The position numbers were made by a program, and so were the translations under genes. Shown here one piece after another: positions 37,177 to 50,688 of a stretch of 64,000 nucleotides of DNA; positions within the stretch are counted from its first letter, which is position 1; every line of letters begins with the position of its first letter. The stretch is taken from contig CP089280.1 in assembly GCA_023920165.1 (NCBI GenBank), positions 1,550,001 to 1,614,000 of the forward strand. The letters run 5' to 3'. The DNA is from Curvularia clavata (taxonomy: Eukaryota). The notes under the pieces were generated by a model. It did no database searches. It was not told the DNA's origin and saw only the letters and a program-made list of their open reading frames with translations.

Positions 37177-38328
37177 GGCGGCTCAATGGGATGGGACGGC
37201 AGCAGGAGGCAAAAGAGCGCGTAAAGAAGGTGGATGCGGCGGTCGGGGCAGTTTGCTGTGGGGAGGGCTGGAGCTGTTGAGCTGGCTGGCGGATGGCTGG
37301 GGGATGAAGGTAAACAGCCTCGGATCCAAGTCCGTGCTAGCGCCGTCGCCCAAGGAGGATGCAGACGCCGTCGACGGCGGAGGTGTCGTGATCTGACACG
37401 GTAACGCGACCTCGGCATTCGCCTGTCTGCAATCGACCTGGACGACTGGCGGTAACGCCGTCGTTTCGCCCAACGTTAGCCATGGTGATGCTTGGGGAAT
37501 GCCCGCTCCTTTTCACAGCGAAGCGGCTCAAGACGCTACAGCACTGCATGCCATTGTTCGTCTCCCTGCTTTTTATTGGCGTGCCGGCGGACTCCTTATC
37601 GTCGGCCACTGCCGCTCTGCACGACGGAATGTCATCATTATTATCCATCACCCGGCTGGACTAGTTCCATCTTACACGAGGCCTGTGGCGACTCATCCGA
37701 TATTCGAAAGTCGATACTCGATATCCCGTATCAGTCAGGTGTGTTGAAGCCTACACAGGTGCTGCCTGCTTTGCCCAACTCGACTGCTGTCTCTTATCGT
37801 CTCTGGCGACTTCAGGACTGCTCAAGCCTGTGCTGAATCCCCCTTCGTCCATCTCTTTCTTTCTTTGCTCGCAATACAGACCCAATCTCTCTTTTTCTTC
37901 GTCGATTGATATTGATCGTCTTTCCATTGATTCAAACAGGACGCTGGGTGCGCCGGAGCTCTCTGCACGGTATGTAGGTCGCTACCACCGCAAGCTGCTG
38001 AGACGAGCGCAGGGACCATGAACCTCCAGCAGCATAGTAAGAAGCGTTAATGCGACCTTAAAAACACCAATCTGTCGCATAGATGTCATGCTTGTTAAGT
38101 ATCATGTGGGCGTTCGGGATTTTCTTCGGGGGTGTCGATGGTATAGGCTGAGGCTCGCTCAAATGCTCCTCCTTTCCTTTGATAATCAGCCTCATGACCA
38201 CTGCACCTTCTTCGGAGCCTCCTTGATTGCTTCAGCCTTGAATTGCACTATCCTTACCTATTGAATACTCTACACCTACAGCACCTGTCCTCTGAATTCG
38301 CCTACCAGTCCGATAGATACCCTTTACC

Positions 38329-39749
38329 ATGAGAGAACGCCCATCATCACCAAACTGCACCCATGTAGACATGGACCGTGTCTATGGGTACGACCAACGA
38401 TGCTGTGTCTGTGGAAGCTTGTCTTCCATTGGCTTTCTTTATCAATGCAAGCAGGACAATAAACCTAACTCGATCGTTGGCCTGGAATCGCAAAAGACAG
38501 GGAAGATCGGGCCAGTCAAGTCAAATTTACGGAAAGAGCTGGAGAGAAGTGGACTCAGTGAAAGTGTCATCACTGGTGCTGAGAGCGGACACTACACGAC
38601 TCAGCAACTCCAAAAATTGAAGCAGTTGAAGCGCGACTTGCGCCACACAATCATCGACGTGGAGCAGGCGGATCAGGCCAATGATGCTATTGCCCGGCTT
38701 ATGGAAATGTCACTGACCCCTTGTAAGACTGGCGATGACCTAGATAGTTTAGCCATTGTAGACAAAGTAAGTATACTTGTCGAATTAGAATGTCGAGACG
38801 GCCATGGTACTGCACGACAAAGTTTCTAACAAACACTTAGGCCGTTTCAGGATGCACCTTCACGGCATGCCATGCGTGCCGCCCTCACTATCTGGACCGA
38901 CTTTATATCTCCTTCCAGACTGCCGTCACTACCGAGTTCCCTCCCATGACCCAAGCTGACATTGCCAAACTCCCTGTCAAATCTGCCGCCATCATGCGCA
39001 ACATGAACACCAAAGGCCGGCGCCTCTCTACCAAGAAGGTCCTAAACTCATCCACTGCTACCCTCACCTCTGCATCTCCCAAAAAGACCGATCCCCTAGA
39101 GCGCACCTTCAAAATCACCCCATCCGACATCCAACAATCCATCCTCCAACGGCGTCCGCAAAAAACACCCCGACACCCTACCAGCCAGGATCCCTACCGC
39201 CAAACCTCTCTCCTCCGAACCCAAGGCTTCAAAACCGCAGTGCAGGGCATATTCCGGTACCACCGGGACACGAGCCCCAGTCCGCTCACCACCGCGGAAA
39301 TCCTCAAACCCAACAAACCCACTCCCCAACTAGACATGACCGCCATCCGCCTCGCCCGCCGCGAAAAAATGCGCAAGCAACTCCTCAAGCATGAGACTTC
39401 GCTACATGGTTTCACCAAGCCAGTAAAAGCAAATACAGTCAGCACTTTCAACGTTGTGCATACGGAGACGAGTATCAAGACGCCGTCGAGACTCCAGATT
39501 TATTCGCTGGATACAGATACAGACACAGATGAGGACAAGGAAAAGGACATAGATATGGATTTATCTGAAGCACGATATGCGGCGCGGGTCGCTAGAATGC
39601 AGAGTCCGAATGTGGTGTCGATTAAGAGGAATGAGGTGGGGGAGAGAGTACGTAAGGGGGATGCTGGAGCCCCGCGTGTGGATGCGGGGAGAGTGGGTAC
39701 GAAGGAGGGCTATGGTGGGGGGATGGCGGGTATCATGACGCAGGTTTGA
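38329..39749 (+). CDS. Hypothetical protein with Cys-rich motifs, 2 exons
   Basis: CTH..CCVCG..LYQCKQD in exon 1. Intron ~38767-38840 (gtaagt..ctaac..tag). Exon 2 has CTFTACHACRP and continues into ORF 38946..39749. Confidence 0.65.
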
Positions 39750-40320
39750 TTGGGGGTTTGAGAATGGGGGTTTTAATTATGGGAAGGGGGAAAGGGGACT
39801 TGTCGGAAAAGAAAGGGAGGGATGATGAAGTTTCCTACCCGTTGGAGGTTCTTCTTTTCTTGAAGTATTACTAAGACAGCTTGAGTCGGTCTGTACGATT
39901 ATTATTACTACGATGAACGGTATTCATGGAATGAACGAATTGCTACATGTCTAGGAAAAGGAAAACTATACTTTGGCTTGTTTTTTCTCGATTTCACTTC
40001 TGCGGCATACAAACAGTCCGGTTTACATAAAAACGTGACAAGTAAAGAGAAAAGAGGTCCAAATGACTGCAGGTACGAATAGCTTTTATTACAGTATTTT
40101 CTACCATATGCAGCATCCAATGGTCTTGGTCTATAATACACAGTTTGTTACATCATCATTTGTTTTGAGAGGGTCATCGTGGCGATCATGTATGCAATGC
40201 GGGAAAGAAAAGGAAACGCCCAAGTCCTCCATCTCTTTTCTACGAATGTGTGGAGAATAGAGATAGACGAGATAAGAAAGGATTCAGAGAGGGGGGTTTG
40301 AAAAAGATATGTCTCCTTTT

Positions 40321-42091
40321 TCATCGACGACCAAGCTTCCATCTCGCGATGCGGGCTTGGATATCGTCCCATGTAAGATCCTTGCGCTTGAGACCCTCCA
40401 TCTCGCCCTCCTGCAGCACCACGGTCGGCGCACCGGATCCCTTGCCGGCATTGTGCACCTCGCCGCCAAAGACCTGCTTGGCCACTCGCCGGAGGTCCTT
40501 GATCGTCACAGCCTCGATCTTCTTGCACATTTCTTTGACGCCAACCTTGCGGCCGTGAACCTGGACCTGGCGCCCAAGATCCTCGAGCTCCACCATGCGG
40601 GACTCGAGGTTCATCAGCAGCGACGAGCGGAGCTGGTTCTTGGCGCGCTGGACTTCGCCGTCCTTGAGGGCCGCGAAGCCTGTTTCGTCACTGAGCGACT
40701 TGAGTTCGCGGCACATGACTTCGAGCATGTGAGCCGTATACGAGGGGGCGCAAGAGGCGGCGATGCCAAAGAGACCGCTGTCGGTGTAGCTGTGGTTGAA
40801 GGCGACGCAGGATTCGACCCAGCCATGTTGGTTGAGGACGTTGGTGTACAGGCGCGAGTACATGCCTTTGCCAGGTCCACCGGCGCTGAAAGAGCCGCCA
40901 CCACCGAGGAGGGTTTGCAGGGTTGCGAGCGCATAAATGTCCGGAGAACCAATGGGGAGCGCCTCGAAGGCGAGGTGGATGTGTGACAGACGCGGGAGCA
41001 TGGGATTCGCTGGCGGCGGGATCGGAGGGAGTGTGAGGAAACCGCCGGTGTATTGTGAGGGTATCGAGGTATCTATTGGGGGGAAGTTGAGATCGGGTGC
41101 TGTGGTTAGGTTGGAGTTGGACGAGCCGGATGAGGAGAGATTCTTGAGGAATGGGATCTTGGAGATGAGATTGGAGCTTCCCGGCAGTGCTCCTTTGGGT
41201 TCAGGATGGTCTGCCGTGAAGTTTGGCTGTGATGGCGCGGAGCTGTTCGAGTCTAAACCTAGGAGTGCTGGGCCGGTGCCTTTCTCCATATCACCGAAGT
41301 ACTCTTCCGTCAACCGAACGGCTTCGTTGTGGTTGACACCAGCAAAAGCGACCACTATCCTCTCAGGCTTGAAGAACTCTTTGCGGTATGCTTCGACGAC
41401 GGCGCGGTTGATAAAGGGTAGACGCTCCTTGGGGCAGAGGAGCGGGTTGCCGAGCGTGTTGTCCTTGTATGCGGCCATGTGGACCAGCTCTGGCAGGATG
41501 AGCTCTGGCTTGCTCCAGATCTCGCCAATCTCGTAGTCGGCCGTCTCGAGCTGCTGCTGGACTTCGTCTTCGGTAATGAGGGGATCGCGTATCGTCTCGG
41601 CGAGAACGCCGACGGTGGTGGGCACGGCCGAGTTGAACGTGGCCGACTGGTACATGAGGGACTCTCTGCTCGAGGCGCATTGGATGTTGCCGCCAAGTGT
41701 CTCTAGCTTCTCCATCATCTGGTCGCCTGTCGTGGAGCGTGTGGACTTGAATGCCAGGCGGTCGATGATGTGGCTCACTCCCCGCAGCGCATCGTTTTCG
41801 TAGCGCGAACCGGCGTCGACGTAGACGCCAATGCCAGAGAAGTGGCCGGGCAGAGCCTCTGTAGCGACGCGGATGCCATTGGGCAGAGTGGTGATCTGAT
41901 CGAGGTCGACGGGGTCCTAGAATGGTGGTTTAGCATGCGCCCGCTACATGCTCGGATGGATGGCTAACCCTCTCTTCCGCGACTGCCGTAGCCAGCGAGC
42001 GCCTAGCAGTGTATGCTCCTGGTGTTGTAGAGGGGCGACATTGCGTGGACAGCCGGCGGGACAGCGATGTGCAGGTGCGCGATCTTAACAT
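40321..42091 (-). CDS. MAS2: Mitochondrial processing peptidase alpha subunit
   Basis: Presequence, TLPNGIRVA, GVSHIIDRLAFKST, glycine loop LLGGGGSFSAGGPGKGMYSRLY and MNLESRMVELEDLGRQ. One intron ~41969-41917. Confidence 0.95.
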
Positions 42092-42885
42092 GTCGGAGAT
42101 GGGTGAATGCTGGGGTGTAGGCACCTGGGGAAAAAAAGGCGTGCAGCGGGCATCATGTCGTCACGTGCACGGGACCCAGGGCGGCGGGCAGGCCTTGACC
42201 AGACAGGCGGCCCCACACGGCAACGCTCGCGATCAGCGCCATCAGCATGCCGTGAGTGGGATGGGGGGATATGTAAGAAATCATGGAGCCATGATGCAAT
42301 CCACTGCAGGGCGCGACGGGCTGTAAAACGCGGGAACGGATGGCCCTGTCTGATACGGCTGGGCGTGTCCAGTACGGCGCAGTGACGGCATGGTCCCACG
42401 ACATGGGCTGGAACGGCTTGTCAACAGGCACGGTGATGGCTCCGTCGCGCACAAGACTGCATCAGAGAGAGATATAGAGGGTGCTAGTGAAGGAGCTGGA
42501 CCTGGGCCTGGTCGAGCAGGAAAGGCTGCAGCGCGCCGGTCGAGAATTCCATGGGCTCAGCTACTGGGGGGCGCTGGCTGCTTGGCTGTGGGCGCTGCAT
42601 TAACCAGCCCCAGCCCTGCTCTGCTCGCCCAGTTTGCCCTCTCCGCTGGCTGCATTCACGTCCGCATTTTCGCTTTCGGCATTGCATTTGCATTTGCATT
42701 TCTGCCCTCGCCTCTGCCTCAGACGCGCCCATACGCTTCGTCTCACCCGACGTGTGGCCTGTCAAACGCTGTCGAAACTCGCGCAACCACTGTCCGCCTC
42801 CCGCTCGCCGCTCTCCGCTCGCCGCCCAGCCTCAGGCCCGAGTCGCCCTCCTCACCTGCTCCTGCGCCGCGGAACAGGCAAGGTG

Positions 42886-44738
42886 ATGTTCACTACCACC
42901 GCTGCCCCAGCTCCTCCCACTGCTGTGCCCTCTCCAATAGCAACAGACTCGCCTGCTCCCCGCCCAACAGGCGTCCATCGAGGCATCAGCTTCTTCAGGA
43001 ACCTACACCTGCACTCTGCCACCCAGCCCGACGCTCCACGTGAGGACTCGTCCCGACTGAGGACCCGGCCACGCGCCTCGACCCATACGCCGCCCGCCTC
43101 TCCGGCACTGGCCTCGCCCTCGCACTCTCACCACCCTCCAAACCCACGCTTGAATCCGCTCTCGCGAAGACAGACTTCGGACGCTCAGCCCCAGCCCCTG
43201 GCCACCGACTCCCCGCCTGCCTCTCCCAACACTATGACGAGGACTCGCTCAGAGACAGCCCAGCCTCAGCTGTCAGTGCGCAACAACTCGGGGCCCACGC
43301 CAGCAACTACGCCGGGGCCCAGCACTACCCAGCCAGCGGACAGCGCTGCCGAAAACGGCGGTGCCGTCAAGCATCTTCCCTCGATTCGTTTTATTCCACA
43401 CCAAGATCCCCGTGCCGGCAGACCTTCCCTCGTCTTTCCCACCATCACCCGTACGCTGCCCGATGAGAATGCTGTTCTCCGTGTAGGACGGTATTCGGAG
43501 CGCGACAATGCCCCGGAAATCTCCTCAAACACCCCCTCAGCTGCCGCCATTGGCTTCAAGTCCAAAGTCGTCAGCAGGAAGCACTGCGAGCTGTGGTGCA
43601 AGGACGGCAGCTGGTATATCAAGGATGTAAAGAGCTCGTCGGGCACCTTTTTGAACCACATTCGCCTTAGTCAGCCAAACGTCGAATCAAAGCCCTTCAG
43701 AATAAAGGATGGCGATATCATCCAGTTGGGTATTGATTTCCGAGGGGGCGAAGAGATGATCTTCCGCTGTGTCAAAATTCGTGTCGAATGCAATCGAGGC
43801 TGGCAACAGGGCCTGAATAACTTCAAGTGAGTGTTGATTGTGTATTTTGCGCGAATTTGCCGCTAACATTTCCTAGTAAACAAACCCACCAGAGATTGCG
43901 TGCTCTTGCGAAGAACAAGAAGCAAGTCACCAGCGACAGCGCCTCTACACATACTTCTGAATGTGCCATTTGCTTGATGTCTGTTGCGGTATGTATTGGT
44001 CACGCTACCACAATAATACGTTACTAATCAGACCCTTAGCCCTGTCAATCACTCTTTGTAGCCCCATGCTCACACGTCTGGCACTACAAATGCATCCGCC
44101 CAATTCTCAATGGACCAACATGGCCAAATTTCCTCTGTCCCAACTGCAGAGCAGTAGCGGATCTGGAAGAGGACGTAGAGGACATGGGCGACTTTGGCGA
44201 CTGGGAAGGAGATGAAGAAGTAGCCAATGGCGACACCACGACGCATGCGGACGCAGAGCAAGCTGACCGCCATGTCACTCCCCGTGCCTCAGTCGCACCC
44301 ATGAATACTAGTGAAGCCACCAACTTTGATCTTGGTGAGCTAGGTCAACACATGACAAACATGAGCCTCAACAGCACAGAATCCACCAACGGAAACACAC
44401 ACCAGCCTTCGCCAGAAACTCCAGACCGCCAGATTACCCCTCCATCATCGTCAGTCACGCAGCCCGTCAGCATCAACGTCTCTGGCGCAAACGAGTACAC
44501 AGGTCTGTGTCCGGTATATCCTACCGCGAGCGACGGCCTAGCTCCTGATCGCGTCCACGAAGGCCCAATGACGCCCCGCAACGACATTGGCCCGTTTGTT
44601 CTTGACGGTAGTGCTGGAAGAAGCGGTTCGAGCTTTTTGCAGAATAGCGAACTTCCTTCGTCATCAGACTCTGATACTAATGGCCACGGGCGAAGTAACA
44701 GCGGAGCACCCAGCTTGCCACCTGTGCGCTTCGACTAG
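42886..44738 (+). CDS. DMA1: FHA plus RING E3 ubiquitin ligase, Dma1/Chfr family
   Basis: FHA motifs VGRYSER, FKSKVVSRKHC, DVKSSSGTFLN and QLGIDFRGG. RING ECAICL..APCSHVWHYKC..CPNCR assembled across introns ~43827-43876 and ~43989-44039. Confidence 0.92.
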
Positions 44739-45548
44739 TCATCAGTTCAACAGCTTTGAATAGGGACATTTTGGTCTCTCTGTTGTTCGCTGTGCATCAG
44801 ACCATCCGGCCCCCACCATAACGCACGTTTCCCTTCTTATCTTTCTCTCTTTTACTGCGCTTGTCCAGCATGTCTCTAGGCGTTGGTAGTCATGGCGTTA
44901 TTTGGGCCGTTCCCCTCGCTTTTTTTCTTGTCTGTTGGTTTTTTTCTCCATACTAAGCGAACACAACACGTTGTTATGATTTACCTGATTGATTCTTTGG
45001 AAATGAGGGTGGGGTGTGTTGGATGGATTGTTTATGCAATCCGAAATGGAGTGTTGGCGTGGAGGAGGCAATCTCTCTTTTGGCTACATATATAATGTGT
45101 GCAAAGTAGAAAAGGTAGGGGGAAAAGGTAGAAGTGAGAGGGGAGGAGGGCTTATATACTGATGTATAGTCACGCTCGTATATATGTGGAGATGGGGAGG
45201 GAATGGGGGAGCAGCAGAGAGTTAATGTATTGTATGCAATTTATGATTTCTTTTCTTGCCGATTGGTTCTGGAACGACATGTGGTTATGCGCAGTAAGGA
45301 CGAGAACCGGGCCATGTCTTTGATAGAGTAACGATCAGCATTTAGCGAAGAATGAATGGTTATAATCTTTTTTTCTTTATATTTTCCATTATTCGCGGAG
45401 ATTCATAAGTCATCATTACCCACCTTACGTGATACGCCTACTCCACCAACAACACTCCTCATTCCAACGTCATCCCCTTCCTATTCCGGCACCCTCGACA
45501 ACACCCGTCCCCACTACTCTACCCCGCCCCCGCAATCCACCCGTCCAC

Positions 45549-46751
45549 CTAATAAAAACACGGATCATTCTCAAACATGCCGCCCATGGCCCTCCCCTCA
45601 TGACTCGCCTTCCACTCATCCAACAGCACCATAATCTCCTGTCTCGTATCCTCGATAATGCCATCCATCTTGATATCATTCTTGTCGTATCCAAACGGAT
45701 CCTCAAGCTGGACACCAATTCCCTCAATACCGTAGAGCGTAAACGTGACAATCGCTACAACAAGCACACTCCACCATTTGTAGTCGTCGACGATAGCAAA
45801 GGGCAAGACGCAGCCATAGAGGGCGAGGACTTGCTTTTGGTGGATGAGGTGTGCGACGGGGATCGGGGTGGAATGAATTGTTTCCATGCGGCCGTAGGCG
45901 TCGACGAGGGAATTTATTTGTACCGTCATTTGGGAGGAGAGAGGGGCATTGAACCAGCCGCGGTCAACACCGCGGCGGATGTAGCCTTCGATTAGGATGG
46001 TGAGTTGAAGGGGGAGACCGAGACCTTGGTCTTCGTAGCCCATGAGGCCCTCAGGGAGGAGAGAGACGTATTCATCTTTCTTGGTTTGTACGGTGCCGTT
46101 CCCGTTTTCGAGGCTGGCGGTGGATTGCCCAAGGAGAGGGGTTGATGAGGTGCTGGGGAGAGCGCTTGAGCTCGCGGTGCGGTCGATATAGCTGGGGCGT
46201 CGGGAGACGGGGCGCGAGCGCTGGGGATAGACGCTGGGTTGGGGAGGGAGAGCAGCGAGGCTAGCGGGGGGAATGTTGAACTCGGCGCGCAGGTTGTGTT
46301 TGATGGAGTAGAGAATGGCGATGAGTACGCGGACAATGCGCTCGGTATCTCGTCGCTGCTCCTCGGTTGCGTAGCCGTCCTTGTCCCGCGAGTTGACCAG
46401 ACAGATTCTGGCTAGGTTGCGCACAGCGGTGCCAATCGTCGTCAGACAGTTTCGTCCCGTCCAGAAACGGTCATAGCCCGTGCTGTTGCGGAAGACAAGC
46501 ATAAGACCCACGACGATAGACAACGACGGGATGATGGTCGACGGGATGCTGATCGAGTCGACATAGCGCGTGTCGATATATACAATCAGAACAGTAAACA
46601 GCGAATGGAGGAACACGGGCAGCAGAATGATATCGTGCACAGCGCCCTTGGCAAAGCGAAGGACCAGAGGGATACGCCTGGGCTTGCGACGAAAGGCATG
46701 GGCGAGGGGATACGTTGGGCGGCGCGTGGGGAACTCTGGCGTCGACGACAT
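45549..46751 (-). CDS. Bestrophin-like (UPF0187/RFP-TM) membrane channel
   Basis: IVVGLMLVFRNSTGYDRFWTGR, METIHSTPIPVAH and GIEGIGVQLEDPFGYDKNDI. Confidence 0.88.
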   Translation of the reverse strand: MSSTPEFPTRRPTYPLAHAFRRKPRRIPLVLRFAKGAVHDIILLPVFLHSLFTVLIVYIDTRYVDSISIPSTIIPSLSIVVGLMLVFRNSTGYDRFWTGRNCLTTIGTAVRNLARICLVNSRDKDGYATEEQRRDTERIVRVLIAILYSIKHNLRAEFNIPPASLAALPPQPSVYPQRSRPVSRRPSYIDRTASSSALPSTSSTPLLGQSTASLENGNGTVQTKKDEYVSLLPEGLMGYEDQGLGLPLQLTILIEGYIRRGVDRGWFNAPLSSQMTVQINSLVDAYGRMETIHSTPIPVAHLIHQKQVLALYGCVLPFAIVDDYKWWSVLVVAIVTFTLYGIEGIGVQLEDPFGYDKNDIKMDGIIEDTRQEIMVLLDEWKASHEGRAMGGMFENDPCFY

Positions 46752-47325
46752 TGTCGCGAAAAGTCACAACAAACAAGCGTGTCCCTCTGAGAGAAGGAGA
46801 GGGAGAAAAGAGAGTTATCAAGCAGGATTCCAGGACACCAGCCCTGTGCTTTTTCCCCGCAACAGATCAACCACCGTGTAGACGTGGCGGTGAGGGGCGG
46901 CGGGGAGTCGTGGGGAGATATGGCAAGATATCCAGTCCAACAAGGATGGTCGAGATAGCCGCGTCCCGAAAGCTTGTTTCATGTCACTGGGTGTCTGGCA
47001 GCGAGTCAAATCAATGAAGCCGGCCCCTCCATATCCCTTTGAGGCTGCCCAGCCGGGACAGGCGAGGGAAGCGCCAAAGTTAAAGCACCCACAGTTGGTG
47101 TTTGAGCTGTCCTGTCCACCATCACATGGAAAGGCGACTAGTCGGCCTAGCACATGGGCGTGCACGTGCCCGCACGTGCCTGCATGATGACGCGCCCATA
47201 CCCTTTCCCGAACAAACCTCGGCCACTCGCCCAGGTATAATCTCTTCATGGTGGGCATCCCTTGCAGCAATATGATGCTTCGATAACACCTGGTTTTCCT
47301 GCGAGAGCTGCACCGTCTCGTCACC

Positions 47326-48372
47326 ATGGAGGCCTCGCATACCGCCACAAGCACAATATCCTCGGATTCTGCCGAGCAGCCGCCGCCGCCGCCGCCGCAA
47401 GCTACTTCTACTCCACACTCCGATGCAGCGCCAAAACCAGCCCTACGCCCAACACTGCTCCACAAGCTACGCTTTCTGCTGCTGAAACGCATTTCCCAAG
47501 CCGCTGGCAGCACAGACCGCACGCTGCTTCGTCTCTCAAAGCTACTCTCGACACCTAGAGGCACCGACATTCTTCTATGCACAACATCCTACACCCTTAC
47601 CCTAGTCCATGCCCTTCTCTCCCGTATTCTCGAGCGAAGGCTAGCAGACATTGCGACTGAGATTGCTGAAAAGGCCAGCGACGTGCTGTTTCCTGGCGAG
47701 ACACTCATAGCAACCTTGCCTGCACCCGCCAGCACCAAACTTATAGCTCAGATTGTAGGCAGCTCAAAAGCCGTGGCCGGTGTCATATCCGACTTTCGAA
47801 TCTTTGTGAGGTTATGGGGTCTGTTGGATTTGTATACGTGGGCTAGATCGACGTATACGAACCCGCTGCCTGAGAATGCGGGGGCCAAGGAGAAGACGCT
47901 GCGGTCGCTGACATGGGCGTCTATTGCGTCCTGTGTAGCCTTCCAGGTGCTGGAGAATGGAGCGTATCTGAGCTCAAAGGGGGCATTGACAACGGCCAGG
48001 TGGACTGGTGACGTTGGGAAAGCACGGGAGAACCAGTGGTGGCTTTGGAGCTCGCAGTTCTGGGCTGCATATGTTGGAATCGAACTGGTGCGTCTTGCTG
48101 TCGTGCGGTACTACCGCTCGCCATCGTCCTCTGTAGCTACGGCCAACGGAGACGGCGAGAAAGAAGACAAGATTAAGATGGAGGAAAGGATAAGAGCAGA
48201 GAAGGAAGAGAACTGGCTTTGGTGGAGAGATCTGATATCCAATCTGGCATATGCTCCCATGACGCTGCACTGGTCCGTAGAGCAGGGCTTACTCAGTGAT
48301 ATGGGCGTAGGCATCTGTGGTATGATTGCCGGCGGCTCACTGCTAGTCGATGCATGGAAGAAGACTGCATAG
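47326..48372 (+). CDS. PEX11-family-like peroxisomal membrane protein
   Basis: ISDFRIFVRLWGLL, FQVLENGAYL, WLWSSQFW, NLAYAPMTLHWS and a C-terminal hydrophobic segment ending WKKTA. Confidence 0.72.
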   Translation: MEASHTATSTISSDSAEQPPPPPPQATSTPHSDAAPKPALRPTLLHKLRFLLLKRISQAAGSTDRTLLRLSKLLSTPRGTDILLCTTSYTLTLVHALLSRILERRLADIATEIAEKASDVLFPGETLIATLPAPASTKLIAQIVGSSKAVAGVISDFRIFVRLWGLLDLYTWARSTYTNPLPENAGAKEKTLRSLTWASIASCVAFQVLENGAYLSSKGALTTARWTGDVGKARENQWWLWSSQFWAAYVGIELVRLAVVRYYRSPSSSVATANGDGEKEDKIKMEERIRAEKEENWLWWRDLISNLAYAPMTLHWSVEQGLLSDMGVGICGMIAGGSLLVDAWKKTA

Positions 48373-49506
48373 TCCTCCGGCAGTAGCCAAGCCCACGTGG
48401 GGTAAACTTGAGTGATTGGGAATAGTCTGCTTGCGACGTCGGCACGTAGTCAGGCTAGGAGAGATAGACCTTACTTCGTATACCCTATTGTTATTCCAAG
48501 AACTTGAATCGCTGTTGTAGCAGATTCACCAGCAACATCAACGTTCAAAGCCCTTATTGGCCTCAACCCTCTCATTTCCCCATTCCCAGCCAAATATAAC
48601 TTCAAACCCACACTCTCCACCAACCCCATCATCCTCATATCGTAAATACAATCTTCGGCCAATCCCGCCCATCCCGTTCTCTCTCCCACTCATCTTACCC
48701 ATACCTGCCCCAATCCCCTAGCCCACCTTCCCCATTCGGCTCTAGCTACCGCCTCGCGCCCCGCCGATCCCTATCATCACTCAGCCTATCGAATGGGCAC
48801 ATGTGCTAGAGTACATGCTACTCCGGCCAATTTACTGGGTAAGGGTTGAAACATGTGCATGTCAGATAATACCCCTACGGTGGTACTACATATGCGCCTT
48901 AGGCTCGGCCGGCGAGGTATGGCGCTGTGGCTGGCGCTTGGGTGAAGCAGGGCCGCGGGGTGGAGGGGGTTGTTGCGCGGAGGAGAGGTAGTATGTTAGA
49001 GAAAAGATGAGGGGAGAAGAAGGGGGTTTGGCTTTCTAGGAACGAAGGATAGTGGTCAAGAAGTCTATACGACGACGTGAAATACAGTATACTTCCAAGC
49101 AAAAGGGAATTTTAAAAAGCAAAAATGGTACAAAACAGGAAAGCCCCATGCACGGCATACAAGCCTACACGAAACAGGGCTGATTTCCCGTAGACGTGCG
49201 TTTCGGCACGCTCACACGTTCATGGCCATGATAGGCCGCTTATCTCTCCTTCTCGCCTGACCAGGCATCGGGGAAAACAACTTCGGCCTCTCAACTAGCC
49301 CGTAAACTTCCATGGACACTTTCGTCCCTTGCACATCTCTCATGGCCTCTCTTGTTCCTTCCGGAGTGGGTTTACGGCCGGACACAGAATACGCTTTGCG
49401 GTTATGATCTTCGCTGTATCTCAGATGCGCATTTAGTAACGACTACACTAAACAGCAGCCCCCTCAAATGAGCTCTGCTTACCAGCGAACTCAAAGACAC
49501 ATGTAG

Positions 49507-49516
49507 AATATATAAA
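49507..49516 (+). promoter_or_regulatory. TATA box upstream of the RNase gene
   Basis: AATATATAAA about 90 bp upstream of ATG 49603, followed by a CT-rich leader. Confidence 0.6.
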
Positions 49517-49602
49517 GCCCGTATCTGCTTGTACCTGAAAGCTTCACCAGCGCAGCCCACCTCTCTCTCTTCCTCGCTCCACTACCAGCACAACCACCCA
49601 CC

Positions 49603-50171
49603 ATGTATCTCCTGACCCCCCTCCTCCTTACCCTCACCTCTACCCTGGCCTTGGCCCTCCCCGCTCCTACCGAAGACGCCGCCGCTCTCGCTGCCGTCGA
49701 GTCCCGCCAGTCTTGCTACGTCAAGTGTGGCTCTACTTGCTACACCTCGTCGCAGGTCTCTGCCGCCCGCAGTGCCGGATACAGCTACTATTCTCAAGGC
49801 GACACAGCCGGCAGCTCGACGTATCCCCACCAGTACAACAACTACGAGGGCTTTGACTTTTTGGTATCTGGACCGTATCAGGAGTTTCCGCTCAGGACAT
49901 CTGGAGCTTACACTGGTGGTGAGTTTAATCCTTACCTCTTTTTTTTTTCTTCCTCCAGATCAGGTCGTGTTTGAGCGAACCTTGGCCTGCCTACTATACT
50001 AGCTTCCCGTGTTAAGATTATTATACTTCTTCTTTTCAAAATACTGACATACCCGGTTTAGGCTCGCCAGGTGCTGATCGTGTCATCTTCAACACCAAGG
50101 GTCAGCGTGCGGGAGAAATCACTCACACTGGTGCTAGCGGCAACAACTTTGTTGCTTGCTCGGGCTGGTAG
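49603..50171 (+). CDS. Secreted guanyl-specific ribonuclease, RNase T1/F1 family
   Basis: Signal peptide and propeptide, then [30 protein letters not shown] and [14 protein letters not shown]. Catalytic His, Glu, Arg and His are present. Intron 49919-50061. Confidence 0.93.
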
Positions 50172-50688
50172 ATTGTGTCGAGAGAGACTAATGGCAGTGG
50201 AGCTCATTAGATCTGGGACATGAGAGCTCGCGTATGCTATGGGCAAATTGTGACGGCCGTTCGCTATCAGACCAGTTTGTAACGAGGGATTGCTGGGCCC
50301 ATTAACCCCAATTGTTGATATCAGGGGCTTGAATCTGTATATATGAATACATCGTCGTAACTTTCTACATTGCTCTTGTCAAGCATGATTTCGAATCTTC
50401 TTTCGCGAAGGAGTGATATTGAAAACAGCTAAGACATTCAAGCTACTGATGTAGTGGGGATTCTAACGTCATATCATAACCATAAAAGCAATTAGGCTGC
50501 CCTAGGCATATTCGTAAACGTCTGGAGTTAAGGTTCCGTAACACACACTTTCCTTTCCTAATACACTTTCCCGTGGACCATGGCCTGATTAAGAACAGCA
50601 ATCACTTTGCCTTAACACATTCCCGTTTCTGTTCAAATTCCCACCCAGTCGAACTCAGGCCACTGAAGTTACAGCCAAGAGTTCAATC

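Noticed and set aside
36269..48372. Peroxisome gene cluster (WSC plus PEX11-like)
   Set aside because: The genes are about 10 kb apart with unrelated genes between them, so chance is a sufficient explanation.
49919..50061. Internal acceptor-like site (ccttac..T-run..ccag) in the RNase intron suggesting a microexon or nested intron
   Set aside because: The following donor is weak, and the single-intron model already gives the canonical GGSPGADRV sequence.
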